From contig JAISHI010000014.1 in the NCBI GenBank assembly GCA_031262595.1, positions 11,276-75,275 of the forward strand: DNA of 64,000 nucleotides, read 5' to 3'. Positions 16,739 through 24,916 of the stretch are shown here, piece after piece. This DNA is from Christensenellaceae bacterium. GTDB taxonomy: Bacteria; Bacillota; Clostridia; Christensenellales; UBA1242. A program made the position numbers and the translations under genes. The notes below the pieces were generated by a model. It ran no database searches, was not told the origin of the DNA, and was given only the letters and a program-made list of their open reading frames with translations. The stretch's first letter is position 1, and every line of letters begins with the position of its first letter.

Positions 16739-19700
16739 TTAACGGTTGTTGATTGCATCGATTGGTTTTTTGCGCGCAATCTTCCAAACCGGAAGCAATG
16801 AACCTAACCAAGCGACAAGCAACGCAAGTCCAAACACCATGATGATTTGCAAGAAACCGAATGAAAGTAATTGAATAGGCATACCCAACGCCGCCTTTGT
16901 GCCCTTATTTATAAAGAAGACCGCCGTAAACGTTCCAACAATAGCAATGACAAAGTTAATCATACAGATTATCAATGCCTCACTAAAGAAAATGCTAAAT
17001 ACATCGCTCTTTTTCGCACCGAGCGCACGCAAAATACCAATTTCGCGACGTTTATAAACAATAGAACTTGCGATAAAGTTCATCATCATAAGCGCAGCAA
17101 ACACGGCGAACGCAATCGCGATATACATAAATATCTTTGCCAACTCGTCAATCATGCCATTGAACTCATCAAAGATTGAACTGAATTGGTTTTTGAGCCC
17201 AGCATAATATGCGGTTTCCGGATTAGGAACAATAATACTTTTAAGGAACGCGATATCGGTTTTCTTGTCCCCCGTTAATTTAACGGCAATAGAGTTGATT
17301 GTTCCCTTTTCGGCTTCCGCTGGGGTAAGGGCGTTAAACGCAGCCTCGCTCGGCAAATACCAAGCGCCCGAATTTTGGTTGCCGTATGAATTCACAAAAC
17401 TAGGAGTGGTATAAGCCAATTCGGCAATCTTATTTACGTCAAGCGTTATTCCAATTACTTTTATCTCGGGTAACTTATTGTACGAACCATTATAAGATTG
17501 CGGATAGATTCGAACCTTGTCTATTTCGTCAAACCATTCTTGCAATTGCTCATTAAGTTCAGCTGCGAGTGTCGACGCGTCATAATCCGAGAATTCATAT
17601 TCCTCACCAAAGAATATTAACGAATCATACTCGTAGCTAGACGTTTGGTAATTGTATTGGGAGGGGCAATAAACGTTTTGGCTACTCCAATAACTTGTAA
17701 TGCCCGCTATGTTAAGCGCGCCCGAAAACCCCGAAGCACCTAAAACCACGCCGGATGCGCTCGCTTGGCTTTCACCTGTGCGGTATGTAATAGTATCGGC
17801 ATCATCGACAGGTAAAGTTTTAACTACATAGGACTCGTCCAAGTGCGCAGAGCTACCGTTTATATTCATGCAATAATAGTTAGAATAAGACGATTCAACC
17901 GGCACAGTGTCGGCTCCCGCCTGCGTAAAGAATAAGGCGTTTGAAAGCGAACCTTGTTGCATAACGCGAATAGCATTTTGCAACATATAGTCCGCCATGC
18001 CGCCGTTGCCATCTGACTTTGCCTCGCCCGTCGCGTAATCGCGCAATTGTTTATAATCCGACGTTTTATATCCAGTATTAACTACGCCAGAAATTGTATA
18101 TATCTTCCCGTTGATGCGCAAGGTTTTGCCAACCATAACAGAAGCCGAAGTAATGTCATCCGGTTGCGTTTTTTCGCCCTCCATGCCATTACTATCAACA
18201 ATTTTGTATCCAACTATGGTAAACATATCGTATTGATAATCCGTTATAGCAACTTCTGCGTCTGTATCCGGGAATTCCCCCGCTAATAAGGTCAAGCCAA
18301 AATCGGCTTTGTTTTCATCAGTCGCGACAACCTTTCCGTTTGGTTTAGTTGCCATATAATAGGCAGCATTATAATCATTAATACTCTTTGCGAACTGGAA
18401 TACATTATTTGTAAATGCTTCATACCCAGAAGGATTAGGTTGCGCAATAATTGGCAACATCTTAATATTTGGGTTTAACTTCTTTAAATTCTCGTATTCT
18501 TTCTCGGTGAAAGCGTGCAACGAATTCCCATAGCCGTTAGAACTCTCTTCTATACCATTCGATTGCGCGAATTTATAGTTGTAATCGCTTGTTAAGAACA
18601 TAGTTGGGTTTCCAGCTTGCGTAATGCTATCGTACATAGATTGATGACGGTTATAACCGCCAATCGTTGCGGACACACCGAAAAGCACCAACGAAACGGA
18701 GGCGAGCAGAACCGTCATAATAAGGCGGATTGGGTGTTTGCGCGTGGCGGATGCACCCATTTTAAAGGCTTTTCCAAGCGAGAAATGCGATTTAATAAGT
18801 TTAAGGTCGCGACCGTTATATTCTTTTATTTTAAGGTCGGTGTTTTTAACGGGTGAAAATGCTTCGCTGTTGCCGTCCTTGTCGAAACGAAGGGTTTTGC
18901 GAACCTCTGCGCTATCTTTTTTGTCAATAGTAATGATTACTTCCCCGTCGGCCGCTTTTATTTGTTCCGCAATTTTCTTTACTTCCGCGTCAGTAATCTC
19001 CTTTCCGCGTTTTATTAAAACGGCTTTGTCGTTAACATTCTTTACGTTCTCGGAAATGTTTTTAGGCGCAGCGTGGGTTTTCTTTACATCTTCTAATACT
19101 TTGCCGTCTTTCATAACGATAATGCGGTCGCCATATTCTTCTGCAAACTCGCGGTCATGCGAAACACAAATAACAAGTTTATCTTTTGCGAGTTCTTTTA
19201 ACGTGTCAAAGATAGCAATACCCGTTGCGGAGTCCAACGCGCCAGTCGGTTCGTCCGCCAAAATGATTTCCGGGTTTTTAATTAACGCACGCGCGATCGC
19301 GATACGTTGTTTTTGTCCGCCCGACAACTCGTTTACTTTTCTGCGTTGCAACCCATCAAGGTCAACATCCGCTAATAACTTCGAAATAGCGGCATCATCA
19401 CGCTTGCGCCCTTGTAATTGGAGAGCCAACTCAATGTTTTGTTCAAGGTTAAAATCGTTGAGGATATTATATTCTTGGAAAATAAACCCTAAAAATGTAT
19501 TGCGATAGGCATCAAAATCCGACCCAGAAAAATCCTTACTGGACTTGCCCTTTATAATAATTTCGCCCGCATCAAAGGAATCTAATCCCCCGATTACGTT
19601 CAACATAGTGGATTTACCCGACCCAGACTTACCCAAAACAAAGACAAGTCCCCTGTCCTCGAAATCCACACTTACGTTTTGCAACGCCTTTACCGCTTGC

Positions 19701-19747
19701 CCCTTTTTTGGGCGGTAAGTTTTTGAAACATTTTTTACACTTAACAT
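16739..19747 (-). CDS. fused ABC ATPase / FtsX-type (MacB-like) permease with a ~500-aa extracytoplasmic domain
   Basis: 1002 aa. Walker A GKSGSGKST, signature LSGGQKQR, Walker B ILADEPT. One TM segment is followed by a long hydrophilic domain and then a C-terminal FtsX-like TM bundle. Confidence 0.85.
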   Translation of the reverse strand: MLSVKNVSKTYRPKKGQAVKALQNVSVDFEDRGLVFVLGKSGSGKSTMLNVIGGLDSFDAGEIIIKGKSSKDFSGSDFDAYRNTFLGFIFQEYNILNDFNLEQNIELALQLQGRKRDDAAISKLLADVDLDGLQRRKVNELSGGQKQRIAIARALIKNPEIILADEPTGALDSATGIAIFDTLKELAKDKLVICVSHDREFAEEYGDRIIVMKDGKVLEDVKKTHAAPKNISENVKNVNDKAVLIKRGKEITDAEVKKIAEQIKAADGEVIITIDKKDSAEVRKTLRFDKDGNSEAFSPVKNTDLKIKEYNGRDLKLIKSHFSLGKAFKMGASATRKHPIRLIMTVLLASVSLVLFGVSATIGGYNRHQSMYDSITQAGNPTMFLTSDYNYKFAQSNGIEESSNGYGNSLHAFTEKEYENLKKLNPNIKMLPIIAQPNPSGYEAFTNNVFQFAKSINDYNAAYYMATKPNGKVVATDENKADFGLTLLAGEFPDTDAEVAITDYQYDMFTIVGYKIVDSNGMEGEKTQPDDITSASVMVGKTLRINGKIYTISGVVNTGYKTSDYKQLRDYATGEAKSDGNGGMADYMLQNAIRVMQQGSLSNALFFTQAGADTVPVESSYSNYYCMNINGSSAHLDESYVVKTLPVDDADTITYRTGESQASASGVVLGASGFSGALNIAGITSYWSSQNVYCPSQYNYQTSSYEYDSLIFFGEEYEFSDYDASTLAAELNEQLQEWFDEIDKVRIYPQSYNGSYNKLPEIKVIGITLDVNKIAELAYTTPSFVNSYGNQNSGAWYLPSEAAFNALTPAEAEKGTINSIAVKLTGDKKTDIAFLKSIIVPNPETAYYAGLKNQFSSIFDEFNGMIDELAKIFMYIAIAFAVFAALMMMNFIASSIVYKRREIGILRALGAKKSDVFSIFFSEALIICMINFVIAIVGTFTAVFFINKGTKAALGMPIQLLSFGFLQIIMVFGLALLVAWLGSLLPVWKIARKKPIDAINNR

Positions 19748-19797
19748 AAAGCGATTATATTATGCAGTTAAACATTTTTCAACAACTTTATATTGCC

Positions 19798-20544
19798 TTA
19801 TTTTGTGTCTTTTTTAACGGGAGCGATGAGTTTCTCTGCGTCGACTAGCTCGGCGGTGTCTGGGTCGAGGCTTTTCTTTTTAAAGTTAAAGCGTTTCTCC
19901 GTTCCGTTAAAGAGGCGCTTAAAATTGTTTCGGTGCGCCCAAAGCGTATTTACCGCGAATAAGAACATAAGCGCGATAACCCAACCGTTCGTTCCGTCGA
20001 TAATACAGGCAACAAGTTCCCAAATACACCAGCCCACAATAAATACGATTGACGGAACGAAGCCGTAGCGCGTTATGATAAATGCCGCGAGCGCAATCAG
20101 GAAAACAACAACGCCAACAATAGGGTTTAAGAAAAACAAAATCCCAACCGTCGACGCCGCGCCTTTTCCGCCCTTAAACTTATAAAAAATTGGGTGCATA
20201 TGCCCGATGATAACCGCTAAGCCTGTCGCTAAAATGCCGAATTGCATAGTATTATTGAGTTTTTCGAATCTAAAAAGCGCGGTTTCCGAATCACGGAAAA
20301 TCAACCAAATCGCGAGACACGGCAAAAGCCCCTTCGCAACGTCCAAAATAAAAACGACAATCGCCGGCAAAAACCCATAACTGCGCCACATATTCATCGT
20401 TCCGGGATTGCCGCTGCCCTTTTCAGTTATCTCGGTTTTTGTTGCGCCTTTTCGCTTGAAAAAATGCGAAATAAAAATCGCATTATTAAAGCTCCCTATA
20501 AGATACGCAACTGGAATTATTAAGAACAACCAAAACAAGTTCAT
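19798..20544 (-). CDS. plsY: glycerol-3-phosphate acyltransferase PlsY, with a ~40-aa charged C-terminal tail
   Basis: PlsY-like TM protein (GSGNPGTMN, FKGGKG) in the conserved der-plsY arrangement. Confidence 0.85.
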   Translation of the reverse strand: MNLFWLFLIIPVAYLIGSFNNAIFISHFFKRKGATKTEITEKGSGNPGTMNMWRSYGFLPAIVVFILDVAKGLLPCLAIWLIFRDSETALFRFEKLNNTMQFGILATGLAVIIGHMHPIFYKFKGGKGAASTVGILFFLNPIVGVVVFLIALAAFIITRYGFVPSIVFIVGWCIWELVACIIDGTNGWVIALMFLFAVNTLWAHRNNFKRLFNGTEKRFNFKKKSLDPDTAELVDAEKLIAPVKKDTK

Positions 20545-20547
20545 TTT

Positions 20548-21885
20548 TTATTCTTCCCCCTTATTTTTATTGCGGATGAAAATTCGAATAGGCGTTCCGG
20601 AAAAATCCGCGCTCTTCCTAATCGTATTTTCAATATAGCGGATATATGAGTGGCTCACAAGCGTTTCGTCGTTAACAAAAAGCGCAAAAGTTGGCGGCGC
20701 GGAAGAAACTTGGCTCGAATAATAAAATTTCGCGCGTTTTCCGCGAATATATTGCGGCGGAACGGTCGAAACCGCGGTTAAAACGATTTCGTTTAGGACG
20801 CCTGTCGTTATGCGGCGGTTCGTATTTTCAAGAACCTCTAAAACGGTTTTCATAATCTCGCCGATGCGCTGCCCCGTTTTCGCGGAGATGAAAATGCTCT
20901 TAAAATAACTCATAAACGCGAGGTCGCGCGCTAAATCTTCTTTAAACTTGTTCATCGTATAGGCGTCTTTTTCGATTGTGTCCCATTTATTTATAACGAT
21001 AACGCTGGGTTTATTTTGCTCGTGGATATAGCCCGCGAGCCGAACGTCTTGTTCAGAAAGCCCCTTTTCGGCGTCGACAACAAGCACGCAAACGTCGCTG
21101 TTTCGAATCGCCGCGAGCGCACGGATAACGGAAAAACGCTCGATGCTGTCGTCCTCGATGTTTGCTTTTCGGCGGATGCCTGCCGTATCGGTTAGAATAT
21201 ATTCCTTTCCGTCGTAGGCGAAAACGCTGTCGACGCTATCTCGCGTCGTTCCCGAAATATCGCTCACCATAACGCGCTCCTCGCCAAGGAGTCGGTTAAC
21301 TATCGACGATTTGCCTGCGTTTGGCTTACCAACAATCGCGATTTTAGTTTTTTCTTCTAGTTCGTTGGCGTCTATCGGCTTAATTTGCTTTAAAACTTCG
21401 TCGAGTAGTTCCGCAATCCCGCGCCGCGAGTTACAAGAAATCGGCAACGGTTCGCCAAGCCCTAATTCGTAAAACTCCGTCGCGTTTTGTTCGCGGGTTT
21501 TATTATCTAACTTATTAACGGCTAAAATAACGGGTTTTTTACTCTTTCGAAGTTCGGCGGCGAGCGCATTATCGTCGGGCAAAACCCCCGAAACGCCGTC
21601 GCAAAGCATAACAACGACATCGGCGAGTTCAATCGCAAGCCGCGCCTGCTTCCTAATATACTTATTCCAAACGCTCTCGTCCTCAAAATCCATGCCGCCC
21701 GTATCGACAATGCCGAACCCGCGCCCGCACCATTCGGCGTCGGCAATAATTCGGTCGCGCGTAACGCCGCTGCGGTCGTCAACGATGCTTAAGTTCTGCC
21801 CCGAGATAATGTTAAAAAGCGTCGACTTCCCAACGTTGGGTCGCCCGATAATCGCAACAAGCGGTAAAGTTTTCATCGCAATCAT
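20548..21885 (-). CDS. der: ribosome-associated GTPase Der/EngA
   Basis: Two tandem GTPase domains (GRPNVGKST and GKPNAGKSS) plus a KH-like C-terminus. Confidence 0.95.
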   Translation of the reverse strand: MIAMKTLPLVAIIGRPNVGKSTLFNIISGQNLSIVDDRSGVTRDRIIADAEWCGRGFGIVDTGGMDFEDESVWNKYIRKQARLAIELADVVVMLCDGVSGVLPDDNALAAELRKSKKPVILAVNKLDNKTREQNATEFYELGLGEPLPISCNSRRGIAELLDEVLKQIKPIDANELEEKTKIAIVGKPNAGKSSIVNRLLGEERVMVSDISGTTRDSVDSVFAYDGKEYILTDTAGIRRKANIEDDSIERFSVIRALAAIRNSDVCVLVVDAEKGLSEQDVRLAGYIHEQNKPSVIVINKWDTIEKDAYTMNKFKEDLARDLAFMSYFKSIFISAKTGQRIGEIMKTVLEVLENTNRRITTGVLNEIVLTAVSTVPPQYIRGKRAKFYYSSQVSSAPPTFALFVNDETLVSHSYIRYIENTIRKSADFSGTPIRIFIRNKNKGEE

Positions 21886-21901
21886 ATTAAATTATCGCCA
21901 A

Positions 21902-21930
21902 CAAAAAAACAAGCGATAATCTGCGCTTGT
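21902..21930 (-). terminator. intrinsic terminator after the SurE-like pair
   Basis: On the minus strand: ACAAGCG-cagattat-CGCTTGT followed by TTTTTTT. Confidence 0.65.
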
Positions 21931-21940
21931 TTTCTTTAAT

Positions 21941-22711
21941 TTATATCTTGAAATTCGCGTTTTCAACGGCGGACACGGCGGACTTATTAAGAATATCCAG
22001 CGTTAGCGGCGTTAGGGTTATGAACCCGCGCTTTAACCAATAAATATCGCCGCGCGATTCGAGGGCTTCGAGCCCGTAGCCGACGGTTCGGTTTTGTAGC
22101 CAAGCGAATGAGCGCATAAACGGATTTACTTCGAGTTTGTATTTATTTTGAACGGTATCGCAAGTTATGTGAGTTGCGACGATTTGGCTCGCCTTTGGAT
22201 TCGACGGAAAATTTATATTAACGACCTCGCCCCTCGTCATAGTTTTATAAATCTCAGGCAGTTTTTTAGAGAACGCGCGCGCAACTTTTGCGAACTCTCG
22301 TTCATTATTCGGGTCGTTTATAACGGCGGATAGCGCGATGCTCTTAAAGCCTTGAATTGCGCCTTCGATTGCGCCGGAAACAACCCCGCTCGTTCGGAGC
22401 ATCTCGCCAACGTTATTTTGCGCGTCAATCCCTGAAATAATGAGGTCGGGCTTTGATTTTAAAAGTTTGTCGAGCGCAAGCGAAACGCAATCGCAAGGAG
22501 TTCCGCTAACCGACCAAATTTTTATGTCGCGCATAACGAACCATTGTTTCGCGCGCAGCGGTTTATAGTTTGTCGTGAGGGCATGCCCCGCGCCTCGAAG
22601 CGGGTCGAGGGGCGCAACGATAACGACGCGATGCGAGCGCGAGAGTTCTTTCGCGAGCGCGGTTATGCTTGGGGTAAAACAACCTGCTTCGTTAACTAAT
22701 AAAATTTTCAT
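21941..22711 (-). CDS. SurE-family protein, paralogue A, with a degenerate active site
   Basis: SurE similarity along the full length (GTPCDCV, SGIDAQNNVG...SGVVSGAIEGA, RGFITLTPL). The N-terminal NDDG is replaced by NEAG. Confidence 0.75.
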   Translation of the reverse strand: MKILLVNEAGCFTPSITALAKELSRSHRVVIVAPLDPLRGAGHALTTNYKPLRAKQWFVMRDIKIWSVSGTPCDCVSLALDKLLKSKPDLIISGIDAQNNVGEMLRTSGVVSGAIEGAIQGFKSIALSAVINDPNNEREFAKVARAFSKKLPEIYKTMTRGEVVNINFPSNPKASQIVATHITCDTVQNKYKLEVNPFMRSFAWLQNRTVGYGLEALESRGDIYWLKRGFITLTPLTLDILNKSAVSAVENANFKI

Positions 22712-23565
22712 TATCTCGCCTCCTTTCGGGCGCGTTTTTCGAGAACCGCGCCGAACTTATCGATGCGTTTATGGTTAGTCATGTCGTAAGTTAGGGGCGC
22801 AATCGAAATAAACCCGCTTTTCATGAGGTTTGCGGTGCTGTTTTCGTCGTCAGTTTTATCCTCGCGCGAAACGATTTCTTCCCAATAATATTTCTCGCCC
22901 GTGCAATCGACCTTTTCGATATATTTCGAAAGTTTTTCGAGCTTGCCGATTGTAGGAACTTTAACGCCTTTATAATCTTTAACGCTCTCGGAGGCCGGTA
23001 TATTTATGTTTAGAATCGTATAGGGCGGTAGGTTTATCTTTAATAATTTATCGAGGTTTTGTTTAATAAATGCGGCGGGCGCGGCCATTTCGTTCGCGCT
23101 ATGCCCCCCGATTTTGAGTTCATACCCAATCGCAATGCCCCGAACGCCCTCGAACGCGGCTTGAAACGCCATAGCGATGTTGCTCGAACAAAAAATATCC
23201 GTGCCGAAATGCCAGCCGTTATTTATCCCCGAAATAACGACGTCGACCTTATTTTTATTCGTTAAAATCTCAGATAGCATAACCGAAACCGCGTCGCTCG
23301 GCGTTCCGTAAAATTCGTATGCCTCGACTTTCGAAAACTTATCGAAAGATTTTTTCGTATCGCCGTAAACCGCCGCGAGTTGGGATTTATAATCCACGCG
23401 CTCGAACATAACCGGCGTTTCAACCGACGAAAACGACGAACCGCGCTGATGGCTGTCGACTGCCATTCCGCAAACAAAAACCTTATGCTTCTCCGCTAAA
23501 ATCTCGACAAGCGCCGCGAGTTCGCGCGACTTTAAGTCCGCTGTATGCGCAACTAAAATATTCAT
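22711..23565 (-). CDS. SurE-family protein, paralogue B, with a degenerate active site
   Basis: The start is taken at MNILVAHTADLK (ATG 23565). SurE-like motifs are GTPSDAV, SGINNGWHFG and SGFISIAPL. NDDG is replaced by HTAD. Its stop overlaps the ATG of paralogue A (ATGA). Confidence 0.65.
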   Translation of the reverse strand: MNILVAHTADLKSRELAALVEILAEKHKVFVCGMAVDSHQRGSSFSSVETPVMFERVDYKSQLAAVYGDTKKSFDKFSKVEAYEFYGTPSDAVSVMLSEILTNKNKVDVVISGINNGWHFGTDIFCSSNIAMAFQAAFEGVRGIAIGYELKIGGHSANEMAAPAAFIKQNLDKLLKINLPPYTILNINIPASESVKDYKGVKVPTIGKLEKLSKYIEKVDCTGEKYYWEEIVSREDKTDDENSTANLMKSGFISIAPLTYDMTNHKRIDKFGAVLEKRARKEAR

Positions 23566-23645
23566 ACTATATATATAGAAACAAAAATCGAGAAAAGCAA
23601 ACAAATCCTTTGCGTTTTCTAAAAAAATTCCGCATAATAGGTTAT

Positions 23646-24371
23646 ATGGCAATCGCAGTTTTCGCCGACATTCATGGAAACCTCGAAGCGCTCCAAGCAA
23701 TCCTTAAAAGCATAAAGCGCAAAGGCATAAAACAGGTTTATTTTTTGGGCGATGCGATAACTTTCGGGCCGGATTCGTTGGAATGTTTGAAATTGCTCGC
23801 GAAAAGCGGCGTCCGTTGCATAATCGGGAACCATGAACAACGAATGCTCCGCTACGATAAATCCGTCGCCGAGATGAGTTTTGAGGGCACGAAACATATG
23901 GAGGATATTAGGGCGAGCCTAGATAATGAGGCGCTTGCGTTTATAAAATCGCTGCCGCTCGAAATTAAAACCGAATATAAAGGCTATAAAATCGCGTTCA
24001 CGCATTACAGCCACGATAAAAGCGGCGTTGTCCGCGACGATTACGAGGAATTTAGCGAACCGAAACTCATTAAACTTTTCGATTATTTAGGGAGCGATAT
24101 CGTTTTTTTCGGGCATATCCACCACCGCAAAATTATCATCGACGCCTCAAATAAAAGTTTTATGTGCTTGGGGTCGAGCGGTTGCGTTCATGGCGATAAA
24201 ACTTTTTGGACGTATTTCGATATTAAAAAATCGCCGGATAGCGACGCGAACCTTGATTTTCGGCGCATAATGTGCAAATTCAACCGCAAAAAATTCGAAA
24301 AAAAAGTTAAAGAAAGTGAACTCGCGAATAACGAAAAGTTCGCGAAAAAATTCTTTAACGTCGATATTTAA
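23646..24371 (+). CDS. calcineurin-like metallophosphoesterase
   Basis: The start is taken at MAIAVFADIHGN. Contains the DIHGN, GDAITFGP, GNHE and GHIH motifs. Confidence 0.8.
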   Translation: MAIAVFADIHGNLEALQAILKSIKRKGIKQVYFLGDAITFGPDSLECLKLLAKSGVRCIIGNHEQRMLRYDKSVAEMSFEGTKHMEDIRASLDNEALAFIKSLPLEIKTEYKGYKIAFTHYSHDKSGVVRDDYEEFSEPKLIKLFDYLGSDIVFFGHIHHRKIIIDASNKSFMCLGSSGCVHGDKTFWTYFDIKKSPDSDANLDFRRIMCKFNRKKFEKKVKESELANNEKFAKKFFNVDI

Positions 24372-24385
24372 AAAGGAGAAATAAA

Positions 24386-24835
24386 ATGCAAACAATCGAA
24401 AGTATCGCAAAAAATTTCCTGTTTGAGGAAAAAATGACGGTCGCCGACGCGCTTGAGCATGGCGCGGTTGGGCTGAACGTCGCCTCGGGAAAAATCAACG
24501 GCATGCTTTATTCCGTTCTTTTTAATAAGGCGCAAATGAGCGAAGAGATAAACGCTGCCCTGCTCGAAAGTTGCGGCGAGGCGCTTTATAGCATCGCTGA
24601 GATAATACTCTCCGCCGGCGGTTCGGTCGAAAATGTTGTTCGCGAGTTTGTTTCGTCTTGGGCTGTTAAAAACGAGCGCAACAAAGAAACCCACGCCTCG
24701 ATTTTAGAGATGCTTAAACACCGGAAAGTTGAGGACAAAGTTAAATCAAACGAAAGAAAAGCGGGGGCAACTCCCCTAGCTCCCCAATCAGCCTCAAAAT
24801 CAAAGCAACAAAAACTCGGCGACTTAACGATTTAA
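24386..24835 (+). CDS. hypothetical protein (149 aa) with a basic low-complexity tail
   Basis: GGAG SD and a 14-nt gap after the phosphoesterase gene. No family recognised with confidence. Confidence 0.55.
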   Translation: MQTIESIAKNFLFEEKMTVADALEHGAVGLNVASGKINGMLYSVLFNKAQMSEEINAALLESCGEALYSIAEIILSAGGSVENVVREFVSSWAVKNERNKETHASILEMLKHRKVEDKVKSNERKAGATPLAPQSASKSKQQKLGDLTI

Positions 24836-24851
24836 CGCGACAATCCATTTT

Positions 24852-24886
24852 AAAAACGCGCTTCGGATATAAAGCGCGTTTTTTTT
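24852..24886. terminator. bidirectional intrinsic terminator
   Basis: AACGCGCTT-cggatata-AAGCGCGTT flanked by an A-run and a T-run, between the convergent 24386..24835 ORF and recD2. Confidence 0.75.
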
Positions 24887-24916
24887 GAAATTATTTTTGG
24901 GAGTGAGAGTATTAAA

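Noticed and set aside
18738-19508. 256-aa plus-strand ORF. Similar long antisense ORFs occur at 754..1245, 38468..39079, 46639..47163, 53730..54446, 62973..63455 and elsewhere.
   Set aside because: All lie antisense within well-supported genes. They have low-complexity, S/R/F-rich translations typical of reverse-frame shadows, and none has an RBS.
23567-23578. The perfect palindrome CTATATATATAG upstream of SurE-like paralogue B as an operator.
   Set aside because: It is a simple (TA)n tract in an AT-rich divergent promoter region. It is equally explained as overlapping -10-like sequence, and there is no second copy or partner regulator.
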